From: Nitrosopumilaceae archaeon | GTDB lineage: Archaea > Thermoproteota > Nitrososphaeria > Nitrososphaerales > Nitrosopumilaceae | Direction: 5' to 3' | DNA: 64,000 nucleotides | NCBI GenBank assembly: GCA_965208905.1 | Contig: OZ242365.1 | Span: forward strand, 1,024,001-1,088,000 | In this document: piece after piece, positions 1 to 9,593 of the stretch | How positions within the stretch are numbered: position 1 is the stretch's first letter | How the letters are laid out: the number at the start of each line of letters is the position of its first letter | Translations under genes and position numbers: made by a program | Notes under the pieces: generated by a model | The model's database searches: none | Seen by the model: the letters and a program-made list of their open reading frames with translations, nothing else | What the model was told of the DNA's origin: nothing

Positions 1-184
1 CTGCAGCTTTGGCAAGTATGTGGGCATCTTCAGATTTGGCACCGGTCTTGACGGACTTGCCTGCTGAATACGGCTTCATCACCCCCACACTCATACCTGA
101 CTCTCTCAGATGCCTTATGATGCGTACTGCTGCATACGTCTTACCTATACCCGTATCTGTTCCCAATATGAAGACCGATCTCAT
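1..184 (-). CDS. bioD: Dethiobiotin synthase, 5' part (runs off window start)
   Basis: Manual translation MRSVFILGTDTGIGKTYAAVRIIRHLRESGMSVGVMKPY has the BioD P-loop TDTGIGKT and the KP motif; not in the ORF track because it is truncated. Confidence 0.9.
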   Translation of the reverse strand, partial: MRSVFILGTDTGIGKTYAAVRIIRHLRESGMSVGVMKPYSAGKSVKTGAKSEDAHILAKAA

Positions 185-214
185 ACTACACATCACTGTA
201 TGATGTTCTATATA

Positions 215-1686
215 GGGAATTATATACAAAAGTACACAGCCTCGGCTGTACACTCATGCCTTTTCTGACGGCTCTTCTGTATTGAATGGAGCATAGAAGG
301 TGTTGGTTTGTAGCCCTCCTTATGCCCCGGCTGTCTTAGGACGACGTTCCCCGCCGCCCTATACAGGATATTCCAGGCGGCATTGACATCCGCGTGAAAC
401 ACTCTGGTACAATTAGTGCAAATGAATTTGTCGCGTGTGACACGCGACTTAGCATCCACCGTACCACACACATGGCACGTCTGGCTCGTGTATTTGGCAG
501 ATGCCCCCAACAGCGGTATGTTGTGTATCTCACACCACTGCGCAAGCTTGCGCAGGAACTCCCCGACACGGTTCTCCCGCATTGAACGGTTCATGGAGCG
601 TTTGTAATTCCCACCATGCGTGGTCATGTCCTTTACGGAGAGCGACTCGACCACGACTGCGTCCACACCATTAGTTATCTGCGCAATCGTCTGATTTATG
701 GTGTTCGCAGCTATGTTGTTGGCCTTCCTGTATAGCCGCTTTATTTGGTCATTCAATATATGCCACTTCCGGCCATGCCGTGTCTTGTGGTCACGCAAAC
801 TCTTTAGCGCGTCAATCTCCCGCAGGATTGCTCTATGGCGGGTGTTGTGTATTGTAACGTTGCCATTTGTGTCGACAGTGACGGCGAGATGCTTGCCGCC
901 CACATCAACACCCCGCATTACACCAGTATTGCGGTGCGACTCTACCGGTTCATGTATGGCAATATACAGCTCAAACATGTGGTCTGACGGCTTTGTATGC
1001 TTGTCCACCCGTTTGGTGACATCAACTATCTTGAATGAGCGCATGCCCCATGATGTATTGATGGGCTTGGCGGTCTCTACAATACCATATCCGGGGATAT
1101 GTATGGTGTGCCCACCTTTTCGTACAGGCGGTGTAACGGAACAAAGTATGATGCGGCCGTCTTTGCGGCGGTACGGCGCGTGGTCTGAGCTGTCATCTAT
1201 AACCCTTCTACATGCGACGGAGGCATCCTGTATGGCGCCCCTACCAAACGATGTGGGGCACTCGCGCAGCCATGTATGTTTGGCGCGCCACCCCGTAAGC
1301 TGTTTGTGCATGCCGTACTTTAATGCCCTCTTTGACGACCCAAAATCATATGTATGGTAGTCATAGTTCAGCGTACCGGACGTAACACCCTTCAACGTGT
1401 TCGGTAGTTTGAAGGGCTGTAGTATGTCCACTACCACCCTCTCCATGTATTCGCCGCCAAACAAATACTCTGATACGGCGCGGTTGTACACATATCTTGA
1501 CGCATGATTCGTGCGGTGCGCCCACTCTGCAAACAACACATCCATTCGTAGCGGTACCTTGACTATCCGTATCATAATGTATAATACGGTATGTTGGTAT
1601 TTAAGAGGAGTTGCTGTATGGACGCGTTCCGTGGTTCAGGTATTAACTCTCAGAATCGAGGTTGTGTACTTTTGTATATGATTCCC
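215..1686 (-). mobile_element. Non-autonomous TIR element carrying tnpB (IS1595-like ends)
   Basis: 30-bp TIRs at 215-244 (GGGAATTATATACAAAAGTACACAGCCTCG) and 1657-1686, 28/30 match; no transposase; no clean TSD. Confidence 0.8.
220..1575 (-). CDS. tnpB: RNA-guided endonuclease TnpB family protein
   Basis: RuvC-I GVDVG, RuvC-II VVESL, TSQTCHVC...CTNC zinc ribbon, RuvC-III HADVNAAWNI. Confidence 0.93.
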   Translation of the reverse strand: MIRIVKVPLRMDVLFAEWAHRTNHASRYVYNRAVSEYLFGGEYMERVVVDILQPFKLPNTLKGVTSGTLNYDYHTYDFGSSKRALKYGMHKQLTGWRAKHTWLRECPTSFGRGAIQDASVACRRVIDDSSDHAPYRRKDGRIILCSVTPPVRKGGHTIHIPGYGIVETAKPINTSWGMRSFKIVDVTKRVDKHTKPSDHMFELYIAIHEPVESHRNTGVMRGVDVGGKHLAVTVDTNGNVTIHNTRHRAILREIDALKSLRDHKTRHGRKWHILNDQIKRLYRKANNIAANTINQTIAQITNGVDAVVVESLSVKDMTTHGGNYKRSMNRSMRENRVGEFLRKLAQWCEIHNIPLLGASAKYTSQTCHVCGTVDAKSRVTRDKFICTNCTRVFHADVNAAWNILYRAAGNVVLRQPGHKEGYKPTPSMLHSIQKSRQKRHECTAEAVYFCI

Positions 1687-1782
1687 TTAATTTACGGTAA
1701 GCGCCGATAATTACACAGCTCAATAACCATACAAGCCTATTTTGATTGACCCGGATGTAAAGTTCGGAGGTCGGGGTGGCAG

Positions 1783-3204
1783 TTATCCTACGGTCCACTT
1801 GCTGGCTCCCTCATCACCGATGTGTACGCCGAGTATCCCATCTGGGCCTACGGCTATCACCGCGTATACTGTATCATCAACCCGCAGGATGTCTATGCCA
1901 AGCGCCATGTACCCTACGAGGCGCCCGACAACCTCAAGGTCCGACTCCCCCTCGTACAACCCTATATGGCCCTGTGTGTATCCCACATGGTATATGACAT
2001 CATCTATCTCTACCACCTCATGTATCACGTTGACACGCTTCACATTGTCCAGGTCTTCCCACGTTCTGGCGGGGTTCCTATCTAGGTGAATCAAATACGT
2101 CTGTATGCCATCAAAGGATGCGTCCACTAGGATGTATGTGCTGTCATCCTTGTGCGCCACCCCGTGTATGTGTTTGACACCCAGCAGATTAAAGTTGTCG
2201 GAGAGTGCTCCGGACCTTCGTATGTCATAAGGATCAGATACATCATACTGCTGTATGAGCCCCTTTGATACAGTTATCACGAGTGGCTTGCCGTCAACAT
2301 CAATTAGAACGGAATCTAGCACAGAGTTGTAGTGCGCAGTACCCGCCAGGGTGATGTTGGATGGGTCTGACAGGTCTGGCACACGAAATCCATTTGGGTA
2401 CATCTGAACGACATAAGGCTGTCCGTTCAGGGACCAGATGTCCACAGATGGCTCATCATACGAGTCCATCAGTTCCGGCTGATCCGAATCAGACATATCC
2501 AGAACATGTAGCCCGTCATCACCGGTGGATGCCACCACATATTCAGTACCGTTGATGCCCACCACCACTATATCATGAACGTGGTATCCCTGCAGGTGGA
2601 ACGACACCTCAAGTCTATTGCCACCGATATTATCAAAATTGGTTATACCCAAACGGGGGACAGTATATCCCAAGCTGTCAAAGGTCCTGTCGGGTGTCGG
2701 ATTTGCCGTGCCGTACATGAGATGACCCTCGTGGGAGCTGTGCCCCATTCCGAGCACATGGCCAAGTTCATGCGCCATCACGTACCTGATTATATCCGGG
2801 TTCGTGAGGCTGGCGCCATACACATCCGGCTCTGGTGAATCAAAGTCTATCCCGATTCGATGCCCCAGGGAACTGTCATGGTATTCCACCCCCCAAGCGT
2901 ACTCTGAATCAATCCACTCTATTAAAACATCGTGTCGGTCATCATGGCTTGGCGTGGCTATGATTCCGGGATTCACCTCAGTCCACGCGCTTATCCCGTC
3001 ACGGATGGCCTCCTTTATACTCTCCCAGTAGTCTTCGGCATAATCTGGGTACCTGTCCTGTAGCTCAGTGAATATGTCCGGGTGTATCCTGTATGTGATG
3101 ACCTGCGCATCAGCTGACTGTATGCCGTATGGGGCTGCCACCATGACTGCCACTACTGTTGCCATGCTTACCAAAGTTAGACTCTTGTCTGTCATATCCA
3201 CCAC
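1783..3204 (-). CDS. Secreted matrixin-type (M10) zinc metalloprotease with C-terminal LVIVD-like beta-propeller repeats
   Basis: Signal peptide, HELGHVLGMGH zinc motif followed by Met-turn LMY, repeats such as GLHVLDMSD and GFRVPDLSDP. Confidence 0.75.
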   Translation of the reverse strand: MVDMTDKSLTLVSMATVVAVMVAAPYGIQSADAQVITYRIHPDIFTELQDRYPDYAEDYWESIKEAIRDGISAWTEVNPGIIATPSHDDRHDVLIEWIDSEYAWGVEYHDSSLGHRIGIDFDSPEPDVYGASLTNPDIIRYVMAHELGHVLGMGHSSHEGHLMYGTANPTPDRTFDSLGYTVPRLGITNFDNIGGNRLEVSFHLQGYHVHDIVVVGINGTEYVVASTGDDGLHVLDMSDSDQPELMDSYDEPSVDIWSLNGQPYVVQMYPNGFRVPDLSDPSNITLAGTAHYNSVLDSVLIDVDGKPLVITVSKGLIQQYDVSDPYDIRRSGALSDNFNLLGVKHIHGVAHKDDSTYILVDASFDGIQTYLIHLDRNPARTWEDLDNVKRVNVIHEVVEIDDVIYHVGYTQGHIGLYEGESDLEVVGRLVGYMALGIDILRVDDTVYAVIAVGPDGILGVHIGDEGASKWTVG

Positions 3205-3756
3205 GCATCTATCTTGGACCCTACTTGCAGCAAGTGGTATGTGCTAATATGTTGGGGGGTTTGATGTGTTGCTGTCATGAGAATATTATATCCGGCACTT
3301 GGCTGAAAAGACTTGACACATTCGTCCATGTTTGGAATATATAGTCTCTATCCATATATTATTGTCTTCGTGATTGGTATGGATGGATGTCCTACTAACA
3401 AATAGTACTGCGGCAGCTAGATATACAATGGGGTGAGCCACTCTACAAGCGACTTGGTGAGCCTATATCATTACTGCTCAGGATGGCAGACAGTGGTTCT
3501 ACTCGGTTCGCTGGACACCTCACCGTTCACATATACAAGATGAGTGAGGTGTATCCATCTAGGGAGTTCCAGATGTTAAACTACAGGGCCAAGATAGGTG
3601 GCCTGCGAAGCGTCAAGCATGGACTAAAGTCGAAGGTGTGGTGTCTGTGAAGGCGCGCATCATTCGACTTTGGGATGATGCATAAGATGTCGTATCAATC
3701 GTGTTTGTGACAGAACCTAACAGGCTATATTAGCTCTAATCTGAGGTTTACACATA

Positions 3757-4416
3757 ATGAAGCTATACATCATGTTAGCCGTGGCCATCGCCGTTGCCAG
3801 TGCGCTCATAGTGTATACTGTATCCACACAGAATGATGTTTCTCCGGACATTCACACAATCTCACTTGTATCTACAATTGTGGATAACGCCTCTCCTGCG
3901 ATAGGTGGCCCTGACGCTCCCATAACACTCGTGGAGTTTGGAGACTATCAGTGCCACTTCTGTCACCAATTCTTTGTAAACACCAAAGACCGCATAATCA
4001 CAGACTATGTTGACACTGGTAAAGTGCGTATGATCTTTAAAGATTTTACCATAATTGGACCTGACTCCATACGTGCCGCTGAAGGTTCATGGTGCGCTCA
4101 GGAACAGAATCTATATTGGGAGTATCATGACATATTGTATCATAACTGGGATGGCGAGAACACTGGCTGGGCATCTGAAGCAAACCTCCACAGACTTGCC
4201 GCCGAGGTGGGCCTTGATGTGAATACATGGTCTGAGTGTCTGAACTCTGGTAGGTACTCTGATGTAATCTCATCTAGTAGTGATGATGCGCGTGAACTGG
4301 GTATTACAGGAACACCATCCTTCTTTGCAATACTGCAGAACCAGACGATTGTAAATATACACGGTGCGCAACCATACGAGCAGTTCGCCCAAGTATTCGA
4401 CTCCATGCTGCAGTAG
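3757..4416 (+). CDS. DsbA-family thiol-disulfide oxidoreductase
   Basis: N-terminal TM, EFGDYQCHFC CxxC motif, GITGTPSF cis-Pro loop. Confidence 0.9.
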   Translation: MKLYIMLAVAIAVASALIVYTVSTQNDVSPDIHTISLVSTIVDNASPAIGGPDAPITLVEFGDYQCHFCHQFFVNTKDRIITDYVDTGKVRMIFKDFTIIGPDSIRAAEGSWCAQEQNLYWEYHDILYHNWDGENTGWASEANLHRLAAEVGLDVNTWSECLNSGRYSDVISSSSDDARELGITGTPSFFAILQNQTIVNIHGAQPYEQFAQVFDSMLQ

Positions 4417-4505
4417 ACTCAGAGACTGTATGTCACATTATGTATGATATCTGATGTAAGCCACACTGCCATCACACATACTCTCTGTCATACTATGAAT
4501 GCGTT

Positions 4506-5980
4506 AGAGTTTATGCGTAATTGCACAACTTGGCAGCATTGGGTGGTCCCGGCCCGTTCTGGCCGGCACCGCCCACCCCGGTACAGCCCATCGGCTCACC
4601 GCCGACGGAATTCTGGCGTTCCGGTTTGTGCGCCCCCGACAAATGCCATTCGGCATCTGCACTACGACTCTCTAACAGCCGCATGATGTTAAGAAGTGTA
4701 ATTCTCCGACCATGCGTGAGTGTGCGGTCGGCGGCCGCCTCTTTCAGCAGCCGTGTTATGTGGTATAGTGTGGTGTTTGATGATATAGTGGTATTACACA
4801 TCAGAGCCAAAATGGTACGAAATAGTATGTTGGCACCCGCGTTGGCATCCCGTTCCCTAATTGTACGACATGTATAGCACCACATGTCGCGGGTCGGTAT
4901 TTTACCGGTATTGGTCCCAATATGTTTTAGATCTCCGCCACATTTGAGACATTTCGCGGACGTATTTCGTGGTTCGATGCTTATATGCGGCAGACCCTCG
5001 GACTCGGCTGCGTTTTTGAGTGCATTCTGTCTCTGGCCCGTATTCAGTGTGGATTTTGTTTTGCCACGGATAAATGGTGATATTGTATAGTTTTTGGTGT
5101 ACAGTCGGTGTATGCTCAATGTTTCATGCCCTATGCCGTATCCGGCATTGGCCATCTTCCGGGCTTCCACACATACATCATTATGGATGCGGTTTTTGTA
5201 CACACTCCATGCCCTGTTTGTGTATTTTGTCATAATGCGGTTATCGTTACGCCGCTTCACCTTTAGCATCTTGCTGTGTGCCTTGTTGTATTCACGTGCA
5301 TTGCGGTTGGGCCGCATAACTACAGTGCCATCAGCGAATGCATAGGTGTTGTTTTTGGCATTCATATCCACACCGGCCCAGGATATGGGCTCGCTATACG
5401 GAACGTCTTCCTTGTATGTAATGTATATCTCATTATATCTTAGTAGTACAGTCTTTGGTATTCTACCAGGCTTGGTAAGCTCATCCACTACATATGGTGG
5501 TACAGGGAAGGCCAGCCATGGCTTATCTGGACGGCCCCTACCGTATATTGGTACATGTATTGATGGTGTGCCATTCCATCGTTTTGATGTATCATCAAAT
5601 GCCAGCTCGAACCTGTCAGTCTGCGCCACAGGGTTGTGGTAGTGTGGGGCACGTACATGCACATTAACCAACTGATTCGTACGCCATGCCTTGTAGTTTC
5701 CATGCACGCTTTGTATTATATAGTCGGCGAAGCGTGAGTGGTATACGCCAGTACGGTGCACCGCCATACGATATAGTTTCTTGCCGCGCACACCCTTGCG
5801 TAATACCTTCGCAGCATGGTTGGACGCAGCCCCCACATAATGTAACAAACCACCCAAAAGATGTCCACTGTCATGTGTTACATGGATGGTGCGCATTATT
5901 GTGCCCATACACATGATGTATAGCTTATGGTATTTATATATACGGTACTGTACATCATGATTCGATTACGCATAAACTCT
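4506..5980 (-). mobile_element. Non-autonomous TIR element carrying tnpB (putative IS5-like ends)
   Basis: Perfect 16-bp TIRs AGAGTTTATGCGTAAT at 4506-4521 and 5965-5980; GTT on both flanks (possible 3-bp TSD). Confidence 0.75.
4511..5914 (-). CDS. tnpB: Divergent TnpB/Cas12f-like RNA-guided endonuclease
   Basis: AGVDMN (RuvC-I), GHETL (RuvC-II), TSAKCLKC...CYTC zinc ribbon, ERDANAGANI (RuvC-III). Confidence 0.85.
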   Translation of the reverse strand: MCMGTIMRTIHVTHDSGHLLGGLLHYVGAASNHAAKVLRKGVRGKKLYRMAVHRTGVYHSRFADYIIQSVHGNYKAWRTNQLVNVHVRAPHYHNPVAQTDRFELAFDDTSKRWNGTPSIHVPIYGRGRPDKPWLAFPVPPYVVDELTKPGRIPKTVLLRYNEIYITYKEDVPYSEPISWAGVDMNAKNNTYAFADGTVVMRPNRNAREYNKAHSKMLKVKRRNDNRIMTKYTNRAWSVYKNRIHNDVCVEARKMANAGYGIGHETLSIHRLYTKNYTISPFIRGKTKSTLNTGQRQNALKNAAESEGLPHISIEPRNTSAKCLKCGGDLKHIGTNTGKIPTRDMWCYTCRTIRERDANAGANILFRTILALMCNTTISSNTTLYHITRLLKEAAADRTLTHGRRITLLNIMRLLESRSADAEWHLSGAHKPERQNSVGGEPMGCTGVGGAGQNGPGPPNAAKLCNYA

Positions 5981-6265
5981 GTTGTATATGACATTCTGGT
6001 ATGTGCTCCTCGCAGTCTGCATGTTGCATGCGGCAAGTCTAGTGGCTGCTTGACGGCTCAGCTATACGCGAACCATTGGGAGTCGTGTATCCTACCTGTA
6101 TGTCGCACCCACATGTGAGCCGTCCTACTGGTATATCGTATAGTATGACATCCATCTCTTTAAAATGACTGTTCGTACAGTGGGCTGCACGCGTGTTTAT
6201 TCAGGTATGTAATTCCCCATTATACCCATAAAAACCATATATGTAGGCATTATAATGTCATGTAG

Positions 6266-7648
6266 ATGGCTGCTGGAATTGATGACATATCGGTCTACAT
6301 ACCAAAACTATACGTGGATACTGAAGACTTTGCTCAAGCTCGAGATGTCAATATAGACAAGATGCGCAAGGGCTTGGGCATATACCAGATGGCCATAGCT
6401 GACAACAACCAAGATCCTGCATGCCTGGCGGCTAATGCGACTTACAAAATTATGAAACGCAATGACATACATCCAAAAGATGTGGGCCGGCTCTACATAT
6501 CTACTGAATCCTCATTTGATGAATCCAAAGCCATGAACGCGTATGTGGTGGGAATGCTTGAGCAAGTGTATGGGCCTGGTACATTTGGGCACTGCGGAGG
6601 TGTCGAGACAAAGTTTGCATGTGTGAGCGGCTCTTATGCACTATATGACAATCTGAACTGGATAAGGGCCGGGGAGGCCGACTCCCAGTATGCACTAGTT
6701 GTAGTCTCTGATATTGCAAAGTATGATTTAGGTTCTAGTGGTGAGATGACACAGGGCGCCGGAGCCGTTGCGATGCTCTTGAGTGATGACCCGCATCTAC
6801 TCACCTTTGATCCCAAGGTGACTGCCACATCCATAAGTGATGAATATGACTTTTACCGTCCTTTCGGCAAGGATACCCCCATAGTCCACGGCCAATACTC
6901 CAATCTACTATACCTGCTGCAAGTCCGAAAAGCCTTGGATCTCTACAAGAAGAAGGTACTATCAACCAAACTCATAACGCCGGGCCCTGATGAATCCATA
7001 CTGGATTATATCGACTATTTGAACATGCATCTTCCGTACAGCGCCATGGGACGTAAGGCTTTGGCGTATCTGCTGCGACATGAATGGAGGCATCTCCCTC
7101 GCTGGAAGTCATTGATAGAGAAGATTGGCATGGCCGAACCTGTGGCACAGCATCCTGGTACCATCGAGACCATACTTGCCAATCCTGAGTTTATAAAAGA
7201 TGATAGCAAGTTTAACAGACTACTCATGGAGACTGATGAATTCATTGACATATATGAAAAGAAGCTGTCTAGCTCACTCATTGCATCAAAGATGATTGGC
7301 AACCTCTATACCGCCTCATTATATCTGGGACTTAGAAGTAGTCTGGAATATGAGCATCGCAAAGGTGTAGACCTGGCAGGCAAAAGAGTTGGCTTTGGCT
7401 CATACGGTAGCGGAAGTAGCGCCATGGTGTTTAGTGGCGTAATCACCGAAGAGTATGCTGATGTTGTCTCAAAGATGAATTTAGACTCTGAGATGAAGAA
7501 CCGGCGCCGTTTGACGTTGGACGAATATGAACTACTACACCGTGGGCAGATGCCTCTCACTGAATCCATACTGTCCGGCGATGGTGAATTCATACTTACC
7601 GATGTGAATAAATCAAACAGTGAGCGACAGTATGTCTTCAAATCATGA
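6266..7648 (+). CDS. Hydroxymethylglutaryl-CoA synthase
   Basis: ETKFACVSG catalytic Cys, EMTQGAGAVA, HLPY, GNLYTASLY and GSYGSG motifs. Confidence 0.93.
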   Translation: MAAGIDDISVYIPKLYVDTEDFAQARDVNIDKMRKGLGIYQMAIADNNQDPACLAANATYKIMKRNDIHPKDVGRLYISTESSFDESKAMNAYVVGMLEQVYGPGTFGHCGGVETKFACVSGSYALYDNLNWIRAGEADSQYALVVVSDIAKYDLGSSGEMTQGAGAVAMLLSDDPHLLTFDPKVTATSISDEYDFYRPFGKDTPIVHGQYSNLLYLLQVRKALDLYKKKVLSTKLITPGPDESILDYIDYLNMHLPYSAMGRKALAYLLRHEWRHLPRWKSLIEKIGMAEPVAQHPGTIETILANPEFIKDDSKFNRLLMETDEFIDIYEKKLSSSLIASKMIGNLYTASLYLGLRSSLEYEHRKGVDLAGKRVGFGSYGSGSSAMVFSGVITEEYADVVSKMNLDSEMKNRRRLTLDEYELLHRGQMPLTESILSGDGEFILTDVNKSNSERQYVFKS

Positions 7649-8160
7649 GCGACAACCCTCTCAAAGATATACTCTTTGAGCGTTTGAATACCCACAATGC
7701 AGAACGACTAATATCTACACATAACTATGCAGAATTAATAAAATATGTCATACCATATATGATGGACAAAACCCATAATGTCGTACCATACGAAGAGTCG
7801 GCAGTTGCAATATCCACAGGCATACTGCACTATATACTGACCGTCTCTGCCACGCCCAGCCAAAGACAGGTTACCTACAAAGATGTAGATGTTGATATAG
7901 TGCTGCCCGACATCCGACAACTAAACAGAGACCCTTCCTTGGCTGTTATAATACAGATATGCCCCAACTGTGATGTGGCAAGACATAGACTACACAATAC
8001 GACCACCATACAACCCATACAGAAGAACATCTGGCTGTTGACCCCCTACGACTGTTACTATCACATATTTGATGGCTCGCCATCCTTCTCTGACCTATTA
8101 TACGATATGATAAAATTCTCGCGCACCCATAATCAAAACAAACTAGGGCTATTAGGATAA
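7645..8160 (+). CDS. Hypothetical protein
   Basis: 171-aa ORF translationally coupled to both neighbours. Confidence 0.6.
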   Translation: MSDNPLKDILFERLNTHNAERLISTHNYAELIKYVIPYMMDKTHNVVPYEESAVAISTGILHYILTVSATPSQRQVTYKDVDVDIVLPDIRQLNRDPSLAVIIQICPNCDVARHRLHNTTTIQPIQKNIWLLTPYDCYYHIFDGSPSFSDLLYDMIKFSRTHNQNKLGLLG

Positions 8161-9410
8161 TGTCTTTTGTGTGGCACCCCAATACACAGATGTCTGAGTG
8201 GAAGGAGTTTGATCATATCGTCAGCGGCGATGGCATGTGGCTACAAGACTCTACAGGACATCGTATGCTAGATGCCGTATCTTCAATGTGGTGCAACGTT
8301 TGGGGACACTCTGAGACCGAACTGATAGATGCACTGTACAATCAGGCCTGTATGATACCCCACGCATCACTCTTCAACATTACACATACCCCTGCAGAGT
8401 CTTTGGCCGGGCACCTGATACAGATATGTCCTAACATGAGACATGTCTTTTATACAGATGATGGCTCGACTGCCATGGAGGCCGCATTCAAGATGGCTGT
8501 ACAATACTGGCAGAATCAGAAATCCCCCAAAAACATGCTGGCAAGTCTTTCGAATGGATATCATGGTGACACAATAGGCGCAATGTCGGTGGGATACTCG
8601 GATACTTTCTTTGGAGCATATCGCCATATGACTCCTAGATGTATACGCATTCCTACACCAAATCATGGCGTGACCAATTGGAGCGATACGTTGGATCATT
8701 TATCTGAGACTTTGGAGTCGAACAAAAACATTGCTGCTGTAGTCATGGAGAGTGGTGCGCAGACTGCCGGTGGCGTAGTGATATATCCTGAGGCATTTCA
8801 GACTGCCGTATCTCAGATATGTCACAAAAACGATACACTACTTGTGGTGGATGAAGTGGCCACCGGTCTGGGTCGTCTATCTCACATGGCCGAGTACGCT
8901 GCGCAACAATCCAATCCGGATATCGCCGTATACAGCAAGATGCTCACTGCCGGCTATATGCCTCTGGCCGCCACACTTGCAACTGACAAAATATATGATG
9001 CCTTCTTGGGGGACTACTCTGACCATTTACATCTCTTTCATGGTCATACATTCTCTGGTAACCCCTTGGGTGCTGCTGTGGCCAACCGAAATTTAGAGTT
9101 GTATGCAGAACGCCAACTGATACAACACGTGCAACAGTTATCTCGCATATTTGCTGATGGGCTAGATGTAATGTCTGATACCAAAGGAGTACTTGATGTG
9201 CGGTACAAAGGATTACTGGCAGGCATAGACATTGATATAAACTGCGATGTCTCCTCTGCCAATTATACGATATATCAGATTGGTCGTAAAAATGGTGTAT
9301 ACCTGCGAACATTGGGGAACACAATACTTGTGGTGCCACCCTTGGCCATTTCACCCGAGGAACTATCACAGATTCTCACTGGCGTCTCGGACACCATCCT
9401 CGCCCTCTGA
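8160..9410 (+). CDS. bioA: Adenosylmethionine-8-amino-7-oxononanoate aminotransferase
   Basis: VWHPNTQM, SMWCNVWGH, YHGDT, DEVATGLGR and HGHTFSGNP class-III aminotransferase/BioA motifs. Confidence 0.93.
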   Translation: MSFVWHPNTQMSEWKEFDHIVSGDGMWLQDSTGHRMLDAVSSMWCNVWGHSETELIDALYNQACMIPHASLFNITHTPAESLAGHLIQICPNMRHVFYTDDGSTAMEAAFKMAVQYWQNQKSPKNMLASLSNGYHGDTIGAMSVGYSDTFFGAYRHMTPRCIRIPTPNHGVTNWSDTLDHLSETLESNKNIAAVVMESGAQTAGGVVIYPEAFQTAVSQICHKNDTLLVVDEVATGLGRLSHMAEYAAQQSNPDIAVYSKMLTAGYMPLAATLATDKIYDAFLGDYSDHLHLFHGHTFSGNPLGAAVANRNLELYAERQLIQHVQQLSRIFADGLDVMSDTKGVLDVRYKGLLAGIDIDINCDVSSANYTIYQIGRKNGVYLRTLGNTILVVPPLAISPEELSQILTGVSDTILAL

Positions 9411-9509
9411 GAGGGCACGCCTTCTTCTATACCAGATGGCTATGCCGCCAGCGATCATCGCACTAAACAATATGATCCCTGCCATCTGTAGCTCAAAGTT
9501 GTATAGCAT
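9366..9509 (-). CDS. Small single-TM protein (47 aa)
   Basis: Manual translation MLYNFELQMAGIILFSAMIAGGIAIWYRRRRALS...; hydrophobic helix plus basic tail; overlaps the bioA 3' end. Confidence 0.45.
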   Translation of the reverse strand: MLYNFELQMAGIILFSAMIAGGIAIWYRRRRALSEGEDGVRDASENL

Positions 9510-9593
9510 GTTACATTCTATATTCATTCAAAATATAAAAGACATATTCTACAATTTGAAAAAGTAATAAGTAACAAAGTTATTTCATACATA

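Noticed and set aside
207-214. 8-bp TSD for the first tnpB element
   Set aside because: TCTATATA versus TTAATTTA matches only 5/8 in AT-rich DNA; not accepted as a TSD
698-1360. 220-aa antisense ORF within tnpB (and the many similar shadow ORFs)
   Set aside because: Antisense shadow of a motif-supported gene; no domain features
4416-6265. CRISPR array near the Cas12f-like tnpB
   Set aside because: No regularly spaced direct repeats on either side and no cas1/cas2 in the window
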